Shown: one piece after another, positions 1-9,650 of the stretch
How positions within the stretch are numbered: the first letter of the stretch is position 1
Layout of the letters: every line of letters begins with the position of its first letter
Assembly: GCA_963771355.1 (NCBI GenBank)
Contig: CAVYTA010000005.1
Coordinates: 736,001-800,000 of the forward strand
Origin: an uncultured Candidatus Rokubacteria bacterium
GTDB taxonomy: Bacteria > Methylomirabilota > Methylomirabilia > Rokubacteriales > CSP1-6
DNA length: 64,000 nt
Reading direction: 5' to 3'
Program-made: the position numbers and the translations under genes
The notes under the pieces: generated by a model
What the model saw: the letters and a program-made list of their open reading frames with translations, nothing else
Told to the model about the DNA's origin: nothing
Databases searched by the model: none

Positions 1-78
1 ATCATGAACGACGAGGCCCGGGGCAAGAACCTGCCGCTCTGGCGCGAGTGGTTCACGGCCAATATCGTCAAGAAGTGA
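1..78 (+). CDS. 3' end of an upstream gene, probably the ABC substrate-binding protein (partial)
   Basis: Frame 1 is open (IMNDEARGKNLPLWREWFTANIVKK*). Its TGA overlaps the GTG of the permease (GTGA). The product is inferred from context only. Confidence 0.5.
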   Translation: MMNDEARGKNLPLWREWFTANIVKK

Positions 79-1637
79 GGTTCTTTCTCACCCCCGCCTT
101 CGTCGTGCTCGCCGTGTTCGGGGCGGCCCTCGCCGCCCTGTTCCGGTGGAGCCTGCTCGAGTTCGTGCCGGGCTCGCTGCAGACGGGCGGGCTCACCCTC
201 GCCAACTTCCGCGCGGTGCTGGCGGGCCAGTACGTGGACGCGGTGTGGGACACGCTGATCCTGAGCGCGCTGACCACCGTGCTGACCCTGGTGGGAGCCT
301 ATCCGGTGGCCTATGCGCTGGCGCGGACGCCGTCGCGCCGCGTGCGCTCGGCCCTCCTGGTCCTCACCCTGGCGCCCTTCTTCACCGGCGCGATCGTGCG
401 GACCTATGCCTGGGTGCTGGTGCTCGGCAACACCGTGGTCACCTGGCCCATCCCCATGCTCTTCACGGAGCGCGGCGTCCTCGTGGGCCTCGTCCACTTC
501 TCCCTGCCGACCATGATCCTCATCCTCGCCGCCGCCTTGAGTCACATCGATCCCGTCTACGAGCGCGCGGCGGCAAGCCTCGGGGCCTCTCCCGCGCGCG
601 TCTTCCGCCGCGTGACCCTGCCGCTGTCCATGCCGGGCATCGTGTCCGGCGGGCTCATCGTCTTCGCCTGGACGCTCTCCGCCTTCCCCACGCCGGAGCT
701 GCTCGGCGGCGGCAAGGTGAAGATGATCGCCAACGTGGTGAAGGACCTTGGGCTCGACTCCTTCAACTGGCCGGGCGCGGCGGCCTTCGCCATGGTGACG
801 CTCGCCCTCACCCTGACACTCCTCATGGGGCTGGGGCGGCTCACCGGCCGGCCGCGCGGCATGATGCTGCGCCTGGCGGTGCTCGCCCTCGTGGCCTTCA
901 TGACGGTTCCCACCGTCGTGGTCATCGCGGTGTCCTTCAACCCCACCGCCATCCTCTCGTTTCCCCCCGCCGGCTTCTCCTGGCGCTGGTACGTCAACGT
1001 GCTCACCTATCCGCAGTTCCAGCGCGCCGCGCTCAATAGTCTGGTGGTGACGGGCGGCGCGGTGGCCCTGGCGCTGCCCATCGGCACTTTGGCCGCGCTG
1101 GCGCTGGAGCGCGGCCGGCTACGCGCGCCCAATGTCTGGGCCGCGCTGCTGCTCTCGCCGCTGGTGGTGCCGGGCGTGGCGGCCGGCCTCGGCTTCCTCA
1201 TCCTCGCCGCCGCCGCCGGCCTCCTCCGGAGCCGCGTCGTGCTCATCGTCGCCCACGTGGCCCTGGTCCTGCCGTTCGTGGTGCGCTCGGTGTGGGTGAG
1301 CGTGCGCAACCTGGATCCGACGCTCGAGCGCGCCGCGGCGAGCCTGGGGGCGACGCCGTGGCGCACGTTCTTCCGGGTGACCCTGCCGCTGCTGCGACCG
1401 GGCCTGTTCGCGGCGCTCCTGTTCGCGGTGGTGGTGTCGGCCAACGAGTTCGTGGTCTCGCTCTTCATCTCGAACCGCGTCACCGAGATCCTGCCGGTGG
1501 CGATGTTCAGCTACGTGGTCAACTACACGGATCCCACCATCGCCGCGCTGTCGAGCCTCTTCATCCTGGCTACCTTCTTCCTGGTCTGGCTCGCCGACCG
1601 CTATCTCGGTCTCGGCCGGGTGTTCCTCCAGCACTGA
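75..1637 (+). CDS. ABC transporter permease, PotB+PotC-like, two modules in one ORF (fusion may be an artefact)
   Basis: Two EAA-loop motifs (ERAAASLGAS, ERAAASLGAT) and many TM helices. An internal ATGATG at 861 marks the start of the second module. Confidence 0.85.
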   Translation: MRFFLTPAFVVLAVFGAALAALFRWSLLEFVPGSLQTGGLTLANFRAVLAGQYVDAVWDTLILSALTTVLTLVGAYPVAYALARTPSRRVRSALLVLTLAPFFTGAIVRTYAWVLVLGNTVVTWPIPMLFTERGVLVGLVHFSLPTMILILAAALSHIDPVYERAAASLGASPARVFRRVTLPLSMPGIVSGGLIVFAWTLSAFPTPELLGGGKVKMIANVVKDLGLDSFNWPGAAAFAMVTLALTLTLLMGLGRLTGRPRGMMLRLAVLALVAFMTVPTVVVIAVSFNPTAILSFPPAGFSWRWYVNVLTYPQFQRAALNSLVVTGGAVALALPIGTLAALALERGRLRAPNVWAALLLSPLVVPGVAAGLGFLILAAAAGLLRSRVVLIVAHVALVLPFVVRSVWVSVRNLDPTLERAAASLGATPWRTFFRVTLPLLRPGLFAALLFAVVVSANEFVVSLFISNRVTEILPVAMFSYVVNYTDPTIAALSSLFILATFFLVWLADRYLGLGRVFLQH

Positions 1638-1638
1638 C

Positions 1639-2736
1639 ATGGCCAAGGCGGTCCCAAAGGCTGTGCCAAAGGCGGTGGTAGAGCTCCAGGGCTGCACGCG
1701 CGCGTACGGGACCGTACGCGCGGTGGAGGCGCTCGATCTCGCGGTGGTCGAGGGCGAGTTCCTCTCGCTCCTCGGCCCGTCGGGCTGCGGGAAGACGACC
1801 ACGCTCAACCTGATCGCGGGCTTCGTCGAGCCCACCGCGGGGCGCATCCTCATCGACGGCGAGGACGTGACGGGCCGCCCCGCCCACCTCCGGGGCCTCG
1901 GCGTGGTGTTCCAGTCCTACGCGCTCTTCCCGCATCTGTCCGTCTTCGAGAACGTGGCCTTCGGGCTGCGTGAGCGGCGCGTCTCCAGCGCGGAGATCAA
2001 CCGGAAGGTGGGGGAGGCCCTCGCCCTGGTGCGCCTGGAGGGTCGGGAGCGCCAGCGGCCCGCGGAGCTGTCCGGCGGCATGCAGCAGCGCGTGGCCCTG
2101 GCCCGCGCGCTGGTCTACCGGCCGCGCGTGCTGCTGCTCGACGAGCCGCTGGCCGCGCTGGATCGCAAGCTTCGCGAGGAGATGCGCGACGAGCTGCGCG
2201 CCATCCAGCAGTCGGTCGGCATCACCACCGTCTTCGTGACCCATGATCAGGCGGAGGCGCTCGGGCTCTCGGACCGGATCGCGGTGATGAGCCATGGACG
2301 CATCGAGCAGCTCGGCGCCCCCCGCGAGATCTACGAGCGCCCCGCCACGCGCTTCGTGGCCGACTTCATCGGCGCCTCTACCGTGCTGCGGGGCACGGCC
2401 GCGGGAGGGGACGCGGTGGCGCTGGGCGGCGGGGCCACCGTCCGGCTGGCCGCCGGCCGCGCGCTGCGGGCGGGGGAGACGGTCGACCTCGCGATCCGGC
2501 CCGAGCGCGTGCGCCTGGCGGCGGGCCCCGCGGATAACGTGGTGGCGGCGCAGATCGAGGGGCTCGTCTACCAGGGATCCCAGACGGACGTGACGGCGCG
2601 GCTCGCCGACGGCCAGCGTGTGCTGGTGTTCGTCGTCGAGCCCGCGCCCATGCCGCTGGCGCGGGGACAGACGGTGCATCTGCTCCTGCCCGCCGATGCG
2701 TTCATGGTGCTCAGCGGCGCGGGAGTGACGCCGTGA
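1639..2736 (+). CDS. ABC transporter ATP-binding protein, PotA/spermidine-putrescine family
   Basis: Walker A GPSGCGKT, LSGGMQQR signature, Walker B LLLDEP, C-terminal TOBE-like region. Confidence 0.93.
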   Translation: MAKAVPKAVPKAVVELQGCTRAYGTVRAVEALDLAVVEGEFLSLLGPSGCGKTTTLNLIAGFVEPTAGRILIDGEDVTGRPAHLRGLGVVFQSYALFPHLSVFENVAFGLRERRVSSAEINRKVGEALALVRLEGRERQRPAELSGGMQQRVALARALVYRPRVLLLDEPLAALDRKLREEMRDELRAIQQSVGITTVFVTHDQAEALGLSDRIAVMSHGRIEQLGAPREIYERPATRFVADFIGASTVLRGTAAGGDAVALGGGATVRLAAGRALRAGETVDLAIRPERVRLAAGPADNVVAAQIEGLVYQGSQTDVTARLADGQRVLVFVVEPAPMPLARGQTVHLLLPADAFMVLSGAGVTP

Positions 2737-3227
2737 CCGGCGCCGCGCGCATCGTCGCGGGGCTCGAGTCCGCCGGGGTCACGCTGGCCGCCTCCGTGCC
2801 CGACACCTGGATCGGCCGGCTCATGGCGGAGGTGCGCCGCTCGCCCCGCATCCGCACCGTGGACGTGGCGCGCGAGGAGGAGGCGGTGGCGGTGGCCTGC
2901 GGCGCCAACCTCGCGGGCGGCCGCGGCGCGGTGCTCATCCAGAACGCGGGGCTGCTGAACTGCGGCGGCATTCTCGGCGGGCTGGTGGCGCTCTACCGGC
3001 TGCCCTGCTTCTTCATCGTGTCGCTGCGCGGCGACGCGCGGGACCCGATCTTCTATCACCAGCCCAAGGGCAAGGTGACCGAGGCCACGCTGAAGGCCTG
3101 GGGCCTGGCGTATGCCCTCGCCGACAGGTCGGGCGACCTCGCGGCCCAGGTTCGTACGGGTGTCGAGGCGGCGGCCGCGGCGCGCGCGCCCTATGTGCTG
3201 CTGATCAGCGGGGAGGACCTCGCGTGA
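2733..3227 (+). CDS. TPP-dependent decarboxylase alpha subunit (ComD/sulfopyruvate or phosphonopyruvate decarboxylase-like)
   Basis: SVPD, REEEAVAVACGA and IQNAGL motifs of the pyrimidine-binding domain. Confidence 0.8.
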   Translation: MTGAARIVAGLESAGVTLAASVPDTWIGRLMAEVRRSPRIRTVDVAREEEAVAVACGANLAGGRGAVLIQNAGLLNCGGILGGLVALYRLPCFFIVSLRGDARDPIFYHQPKGKVTEATLKAWGLAYALADRSGDLAAQVRTGVEAAAAARAPYVLLISGEDLA

Positions 3228-3778
3228 CCGGCCGCAAGCCCTTCCTCGACGCGCTCGTCGCCTGGCTCCGCGCGGAGGACGTGCTCATCTCGTGTCTCGG
3301 CGCCAATGCGCGATGGCTGCCGCACCTGCGGGTCCGCTCGCCCGTCTTCGCCATGTGCGACTCGATGAGCGCGGCCATTCCGCTCGCGCTGGGCGTCGCC
3401 TTGACGCGACCCGACCGCCACGTGGTGGCGCTGGAGGGCGACGGCTCGCTCCTGATGAGCCCGAACGTGCTGGCCACGGTGGCGGCGGCACGGCCCGCCA
3501 ACCTCACCATGATCCTCTGGGTGAACGGGTACTACGAGTCGTCCGGGGGGCAGGCGCTGCCCGCGGCGCCGGTGGACTGGCCGGCCCTGGCGCGGGCCGC
3601 CGGCATCGCAAAGGTGGAGACGGTGACGGAGCCGGGCAGGCTCGCGCGAGCGCTGGACGCGGCGCGCGCCGCCGGCGAGCCCGCGGTGCTGGTGCTGCCC
3701 ATCGCCTTCGATCCCGCCGAGGAGATCCCGCCCTACTCGGAGCGCCCGGAGGAGATCACGGCCCGCTTCCGGCTCTAG
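3224..3778 (+). CDS. TPP-dependent decarboxylase beta subunit (ComE-like)
   Basis: TPP motif EGDGSLLM...N, followed by YESSGGQ. Translationally coupled to the alpha subunit. Confidence 0.8.
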   Translation: MTGRKPFLDALVAWLRAEDVLISCLGANARWLPHLRVRSPVFAMCDSMSAAIPLALGVALTRPDRHVVALEGDGSLLMSPNVLATVAAARPANLTMILWVNGYYESSGGQALPAAPVDWPALARAAGIAKVETVTEPGRLARALDAARAAGEPAVLVLPIAFDPAEEIPPYSERPEEITARFRL

Positions 3779-4408
3779 GGGAGCGGACACTCCGCGCCCG
3801 TCTCGGCCCATGCTCGAATCAGCGCCGCGAAGGCCCCGTGCGTCCCAGGGGGAGGCCGGCGCCCCTTTCCCGGCGCCCACGCCCAGATCACGAGCGCATC
3901 GTTCGTCACGTGGGTGACGAGATCGTCGATGCTGCGGCTGCCGTTCTTGTCCGGGTCCTTGAGCTGGACGCAGATCCTCGGAGAGCGGGAGCCCGCGCAA
4001 GCCCATGGAGGCCGGCGCGAGATTCCAGCCGGCGAGCCCGGGCATGCCGACCGCGTCGTAATTGGCATCCTGATGACAGGCCGGGCAGCGGAGGCCGGGC
4101 GCGCCGAGGCCGTCGGCGCCGCGCCGCACCGCCGGCTGATGGGGTACTCCCTCATCGCCCTGCCGAGCGCGATCGTCTCCGGCGTGGCAATTCCGACATC
4201 GCGGATGCTGGAAGACCTTGCCGGCCTCGACGAAGAGGGCAATCGAGCGCTGGGTCCGGTCGACGATGGAGGCGAAGGCCTCGGGCCCGCGCAGCGCGGC
4301 GGCGTCCTGAGCGCGGGCTGCGCGAGGGGCGCCGCCGCCGGCGAGCGCGGTGACGGCGATGGCGGCGGCCACGATGGCCGCGTACCCTCCCCGGGCGCGC
4401 GCGGTCAT
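3775..4408 (-). CDS. Secreted diheme cytochrome c associated with IorAB (frameshift near 3977)
   Basis: Signal peptide and two CxxCH motifs (CRNCH, CPACH). One extra G in GAGGATC joins the N-terminal frame to [12 protein letters not shown]...GAECPLP*. Confidence 0.75.
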
Positions 4409-6574
4409 GACGGCCTCGCGCCGCCGCCGGCGAGCCGGGAAAACGGCAGGCGATGGACCGGGCGGCCGCTGAGCGCGAGCCAGGCATTGGCGACCGCCGG
4501 CGCGATGGGCGGCACGCCGGGCTCACCGACCCCCGTGGGCGGCGCCGCCGAGGGCACGATGTGCACCTCGACGCGCGGCATCTCGTCGATGCGCAGGATC
4601 CGGAAGTCGTGGAAGTTGGACTGCTGCACCCGCCCGTCGACCACGGTGATCTCGCTCCAGAGTGCCGAGCCGAGGCCGAAGCCGATGCTGCCCTCCATCT
4701 GCGCGCGCACGACGTCGGGATTCACCGCGATGCCGCAGTCCACCGCGCAGACGACGCGCTCGACCCTGGGGAGGCCATCGCCGTCGCGCGACACCTCGGC
4801 CACCTGGGCCACGACGCTCCTGAACGACTCGTGCAGGGCCACGCCCCGAGCGCGCCCGGGCGGCAGCGGCTGGCCCCATCCGGCCTGGCGCGCGGCCAGG
4901 TCCAGCACCCCCAGGTGACGGGGATGGCCCTGCAGCAAGGCGCGGCGCGTGTCCACGGGATCACGGCCGGCGGCGCGGGCCACCTCGTCCAGGAAGGTCT
5001 CGGTGGAGTACGCGGTATGCGTGCTGCCCACCGAGCGCCACCAGAGCACGGGGATGCCCACCGTGGTGGTGTGCAGCTCCACGGCGATGTTCGGGATGGC
5101 ATAGGGCAGATTGGCGGCGCCCTCGACGGAGGTGAGGTCGATCCCGTCCCGGATGCGAAGGGGAGCGAGCGGCGTCCCCGTGACGAGAGACTGTCCCACG
5201 ATCCGGTGTTCCCACGCCACGATGCGACCGCCCCCATCCAGCCCCGCGCGCAGCCGGTGTACGTAGAGGGGCCGATAGGAACCGCCCTGGATATCGTCCT
5301 CGCGGGTCCAGATGAGCTTGATCGTCCGCGCGCCGCCCGAGCGCCTTGGCGACGCTGGCCGCCTCGACCGCCACGTCGCCGCGCGCTGTGGAGCGGCGGC
5401 CGAAGCTGCCGCCGGCGAGGAGGGTGTGGATGCGCACTTTGTCGGACGGGAGGCCGAATACCGCCGCGACCGCCTGCTGCTCGATGATCGGGGTCTGGGA
5501 GGCAATCCAGACCTCGCACCCGTCCGCGCCGAGCCTGACCACGCAGTCGAGCGGCTCCATGGGAGTGTGCGCGAGGTACGGGAACTCGTAGACGGCCTCG
5601 AGCACCCGGGCCGCGCCGGCCAGCGCCGCCTCCGGGTCACCCTGCCGGCGCGCCCGCGCGCCCGGCTGCGCGGCGAGCACACGGTAGGCGGCGTAGAGCT
5701 CCGCGCTCCCCCGCCTCTCGGCGGCGGTCTCGTCCCAGTCGATGCGCAGGGCGCTCCGGCCCTTGATGGCGGCCCAGGCGCCTCGCGCGACCACGGCGAC
5801 GCCGGACGGGACCGGCACGACGTCGGTCACGCCGGGCACCCGCCGCGCCGCCGAGGCATCGAACGACTTCACGGTGGCGCCGAATCGGGGCGGGCGCGCG
5901 ATGACGGCGGTGAGCATGTCGGGCAGGCGGACGTCGTACGTGTACTCCGCCGAGCCGGTCGTCTTGGCGCGCGAGTCCACCCGGGGCGCGTGCCGCCCGA
6001 TCAGCTTGAAGTCCTTCGGGTCCTTGAGGGTGACCTGGGCCGGGGGCGTCTGCCGGGCCGCGTCGGACGCCAGCTCGCCGAAAGTGGCGCGGCGGCCGCT
6101 CGCCGCATGCGCGAGCACGCCCCGGTCCACCGTGATCTCCCCGGCCGGCACCTTCCAGCGCTGTGCCGCCGCCGCGATCAGCATGGCGCGGGCGGTGGCG
6201 CCGGCCCGGCGGAGCTGCTCCCAGGAATTGGCCATGGACGTGCTGCCGCCGGTGCCCTGCATCGGGCCCCAGGCCAGGTTGTTGTAGCGCGCGACGTCGA
6301 TGGGCGCCTCCTCGACGCGGATCTGCGACCAGTCGGCGTCGAGCTCCTCGGCCAGGAGGGTCGCCAGTCCGGTATGCGCGCCTTGCCCGAGCTCGATGTG
6401 CTTCGCGATGATGGTGACGGTATTGTCCGGCGCGATCCGCACGAAGGCGTTGGGCGCGAGCACGGCCGGCGCCGCCGTCCCGCCCTGAGCGGACGCCCGA
6501 TCGAGGCGCAGGCCGATCACGAGCCCCATCCCGGCGACCGCCCCGCTCACGAGGAACTGGCGGCGGCTCGGCAT
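4405..6574 (-). CDS. iorB: Xanthine dehydrogenase family molybdopterin-binding subunit, IorB-like (frameshift near 5338)
   Basis: Tat motif [30 protein letters not shown] and GVGEPG motifs. Split across two frames by one extra G. Confidence 0.85.
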
Positions 6575-7026
6575 CACAAGGTCTTCGCCGCCTCGTGAAT
6601 GGCGGCGCGGATGCGGACATACGTGGCGCAGCGGCAGAGGTTGCCGGTCATGGCCGCGTCGATGTCGGCGTCGGTCGGTCTGGCGACCTCCGAGAGCAGC
6701 GCCACCGCCGACATGATCTGGCCGGACTGACAGTACCCGCACTGCACGACGTCCAGGCGGTTCCACGCCTCCTGGACGGCCTGCGCGACCTTGCCCGATA
6801 CGCCTTCGATGGTGGTGACTCGACGGCCCTCGGCCGCGGTGACGGGCGTCACGCAGGAGCGGACCGCCTGACCGTCGAGGTGCACCGTGCACGCGCCGCA
6901 CTGGGCAGCCCCGCAGCCGTACTTGGTCCCGGTGAGCCCGAGCTCCTCGCGCAGCACCCAGAGGAGCGGTGTGTCGGGGTCGGGCGCCACCTGAACCGCG
7001 CGGCCATTGACGTGGAAGGTCGCCAT
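6574..7026 (-). CDS. iorA: (2Fe-2S)-binding subunit, IorA-like
   Basis: [18 protein letters not shown] and NLCRC motifs. Confidence 0.92.
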   Translation of the reverse strand: MATFHVNGRAVQVAPDPDTPLLWVLREELGLTGTKYGCGAAQCGACTVHLDGQAVRSCVTPVTAAEGRRVTTIEGVSGKVAQAVQEAWNRLDVVQCGYCQSGQIMSAVALLSEVARPTDADIDAAMTGNLCRCATYVRIRAAIHEAAKTL

Positions 7027-7044
7027 GACAGTCTCCCGCAGCCG

Positions 7045-8034
7045 TCAGCGGCCGGCGCGGCCGGCCGCGCCCACCGCGTCCAGCAGCGGTTCCGGCGTAT
7101 CCGGATTGATGGAGCAGTCGGGCCCGAGGAGCAGCCAGCGCCCGCTCATCTCATCGAGGGCGCGCCCGGTGCGCGCCACGAGCTCGTCGGCCGACAGGGA
7201 CGCGATCTCGGGCTTGGCGGGAAGCCCGCCCACCACCGCGCGTCCCGTGCGCTCGTGTACGGTGGCCAGGCTCGGATTGCCCGCCACGGTGGCCCAGGAA
7301 AACGCCGTCACCGGATAGTCAACGAACTCCTCGAGGAGGATGCCGCTCCCGCAAATGTGCAGCAGGTTGAAGGGTGCCATCACCACCGATCCCAGCACGC
7401 GCAGATCCCAGGGCCGCTGCCAGCGCCGGCACTCATCCGCCGACATGAGCGACCGGGTGGCGACATTCGTGGCGTAGAAGAGCCCGTCGGCGCCGGCGGC
7501 GACGCAGGCCCGGGCGTACTCGGCGAGCGTATCCGTCATCACGCCCAGCGCATGCTCGGTCTCGCGGGGCGCCGAACGGGCCAGCGCCAGGGCCTGATCG
7601 CGGCCGCCGTGGCAGAGCATGGGCAGGACCATCATGGGCGCGAAGATGGTCCAGATGATGGGCACGTCCGGCCCGACGCCGGCGCGAATGAGGCGCAGCG
7701 CTTCGAGCTGCTCCCCAAGAGCCCCCGCGTGCGGGTCGGCGGGACGCAGCCGCGCGAGATCCGCCGCGTCCGCCACCGGCGCCCGCGTCACCGTGAAGGG
7801 CCGTGCGCGATCGTCGGACGGCGCATAGGTGAGCCCCCACATCTCCGCGAAGCACTGGGCACGCGACTGCGGCTTGAGGAAGTCCCAGTCGAAGCGGTGG
7901 AGGAGCCGCCGCGTCTCCTCCGCCAGCCCCTTCGCGGAGTTCTCGGTGGCGAAGTTGTGGAGCCAGAACGCCAGGGGCACGCGGTCCACCGGGGCGCCCC
8001 GCAGCGCCGCCATCACCCGCTCGCGCTTGGTCAT
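7045..8034 (-). CDS. Uroporphyrinogen decarboxylase (UroD/MtaA-like) family protein
   Basis: N-terminal MTKRERVMAALRGAPVDRVP, HICG motif, C-terminal LGPDCSI. Confidence 0.75.
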   Translation of the reverse strand: MTKRERVMAALRGAPVDRVPLAFWLHNFATENSAKGLAEETRRLLHRFDWDFLKPQSRAQCFAEMWGLTYAPSDDRARPFTVTRAPVADAADLARLRPADPHAGALGEQLEALRLIRAGVGPDVPIIWTIFAPMMVLPMLCHGGRDQALALARSAPRETEHALGVMTDTLAEYARACVAAGADGLFYATNVATRSLMSADECRRWQRPWDLRVLGSVVMAPFNLLHICGSGILLEEFVDYPVTAFSWATVAGNPSLATVHERTGRAVVGGLPAKPEIASLSADELVARTGRALDEMSGRWLLLGPDCSINPDTPEPLLDAVGAAGRAGR

Positions 8035-8053
8035 GGGCGGGAGGGTACCACGG

Positions 8054-8884
8054 CTACATCTGGCCGAAGAAGGCGAGGTACTCCGCGCGCAGGAAGCGCT
8101 CCAGCAGGAGCAGGAGCACGGCGCCGGGGACCATCAGCACCAGCGCGGTGACCGACGCGATCTGCAGCTCGTAGCCGATCGACGCCGTGTACATGTAGAC
8201 GGGCAGGGTGGTGACGAAGGGCGCGCCCACGAGCAGCGTCCCCGTGAACTCGTCGAGCGAGTAGAGGAATACGAGGAGCGCGCTGGCCACGATGCCGGGC
8301 ACGGCGAGCGGGAGCGCGATTCCCAGGAAGGCGCGCGTGGTGGAGGCGCCGAGGTTCCAGGCCGCTTCCTCCAGCTCGGGCGCGATGGCGCGGAACACCG
8401 CCGTCATGGTCCAGACGGCGAAGACGAGGCCGCCCACCAGATGCACGAGCACCACGCCCGGCACGGTACCGGCCAGGCCCCAGCGGTAGAACTCGCGCGT
8501 GGCGCTGGCGAACACCGGGAGCTGCGGGAAGGCCTGGGGGAGCAGGAACAGCAGGAGCACCACCGTCCGGCCGCGGAAGGCGAGGCGGGCCAGCGCGTAG
8601 CCGAGCGGCACCGCCAGGATCAGCGCGAGCACCGTCACCACCGTCGCGACGACCAGCCCGGTGCGCAGCGGCTCCAGGAAATCGCCCGTCGCCATTCGCG
8701 CCCAGTACCGAAGCCCGAAGCGCTGGGGCCAGGGGCTGCCCGCCGTCCACCGTTCGGCCAGCGACCACACCACCAGGCTCGCCAGCGGCCCCGCCACCAC
8801 GAAGGCTGCGACGGCCAGCGCGGCGGCCCGCCCGACGAGTCGGCCGAGCCGGGGGGACGGGCCGGAGACGGGCCCGTCAGCCAT
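8054..8884 (-). CDS. ABC transporter permease
   Basis: EEAAWNLGAS EAA motif and TM helices. Confidence 0.88.
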   Translation of the reverse strand: MADGPVSGPSPRLGRLVGRAAALAVAAFVVAGPLASLVVWSLAERWTAGSPWPQRFGLRYWARMATGDFLEPLRTGLVVATVVTVLALILAVPLGYALARLAFRGRTVVLLLFLLPQAFPQLPVFASATREFYRWGLAGTVPGVVLVHLVGGLVFAVWTMTAVFRAIAPELEEAAWNLGASTTRAFLGIALPLAVPGIVASALLVFLYSLDEFTGTLLVGAPFVTTLPVYMYTASIGYELQIASVTALVLMVPGAVLLLLLERFLRAEYLAFFGQM

Positions 8885-9650
8885 GCCGCCCGGACGTCAG
8901 TCGGCGGACGTAGACGAGCGCCGCGCCCATGGCCAGCAGGTACGCCACCACGCCGAGCGCCGAGGCGGTGGCGAAGTCGCCGTGCTGGCCGAAGCGATAG
9001 TAGACGTCGATCATCAGCATCTGCGGGCCCCCGCCCCGTCCCATCATGAGCGGGATCGAGAACGACGCGAGCATCGAGGAAAAGATGAGGATCGTGCTCA
9101 CGGCGAGGGAGGAGGCGGCCATCGGCACCAGCACGTCGCGCGTCACCCGCCCGGTGCCCGCCCCGAAATTGCGCGCCGCCTCGAGATAGCTCTCGTCGAC
9201 GGATCGAAAGGCCCCCAGGAGGAGCAGGACAGCAAGGCCCAGGTGCTTCCAGGCCAGGGCCACCGCGATACCGCCCCATGACGAGGAGAACCCCGGCACG
9301 TAGGGGCTCATGAAGACGCGCAGCGCGTGGCCGACCACGACGAACGGCACGAACAGCGGCACCTTCAGGAGAAACTCGACCGGTCCGAACGCGCGGGCCC
9401 GGAGCCAGCCGCAGGCGGGGATGGCGACCGCGAAGGTGAGGGCGGTGCCCGCCGCCGCCACGCCGACGGTGTAGGCGACGTCGACGGCGTAGAGCCGGCG
9501 GACGGTCTCGTAGTTGGCCAGCGTGAGGGCGCCGTCGCGAGTGAAGCTGGCGGCGACCGAGGCCGCCAGCGGCCACAGGAACACGAAGCCCAGGACGGCC
9601 AGCGCCGGCGCGCAGAGGGCGGCCCAGAGGAAGCGCTCGGCGACGGTCAG
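8877..9650 (-). CDS. ABC transporter permease (start uncertain, possibly CTG)
   Basis: EAARNFGAG motif. The CTG at 9650 overlaps the stop codon of the SBP gene. Confidence 0.82.
   Translation of the reverse strand: MTVAERFLWAALCAPALAVLGFVFLWPLAASVAASFTRDGALTLANYETVRRLYAVDVAYTVGVAAAGTALTFAVAIPACGWLRARAFGPVEFLLKVPLFVPFVVVGHALRVFMSPYVPGFSSSWGGIAVALAWKHLGLAVLLLLGAFRSVDESYLEAARNFGAGTGRVTRDVLVPMAASSLAVSTILIFSSMLASFSIPLMMGRGGGPQMLMIDVYYRFGQHGDFATASALGVVAYLLAMGAALVYVRRLTSGRHG

Noticed and set aside
826..866. PotB-PotC permease fusion as a novel architecture
   Set aside because: The junction contains a typical ATGA stop/start overlap at 861-864. Removing one upstream base restores two genes, matching the +1 error pattern elsewhere. 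Fused permeases are also already known.
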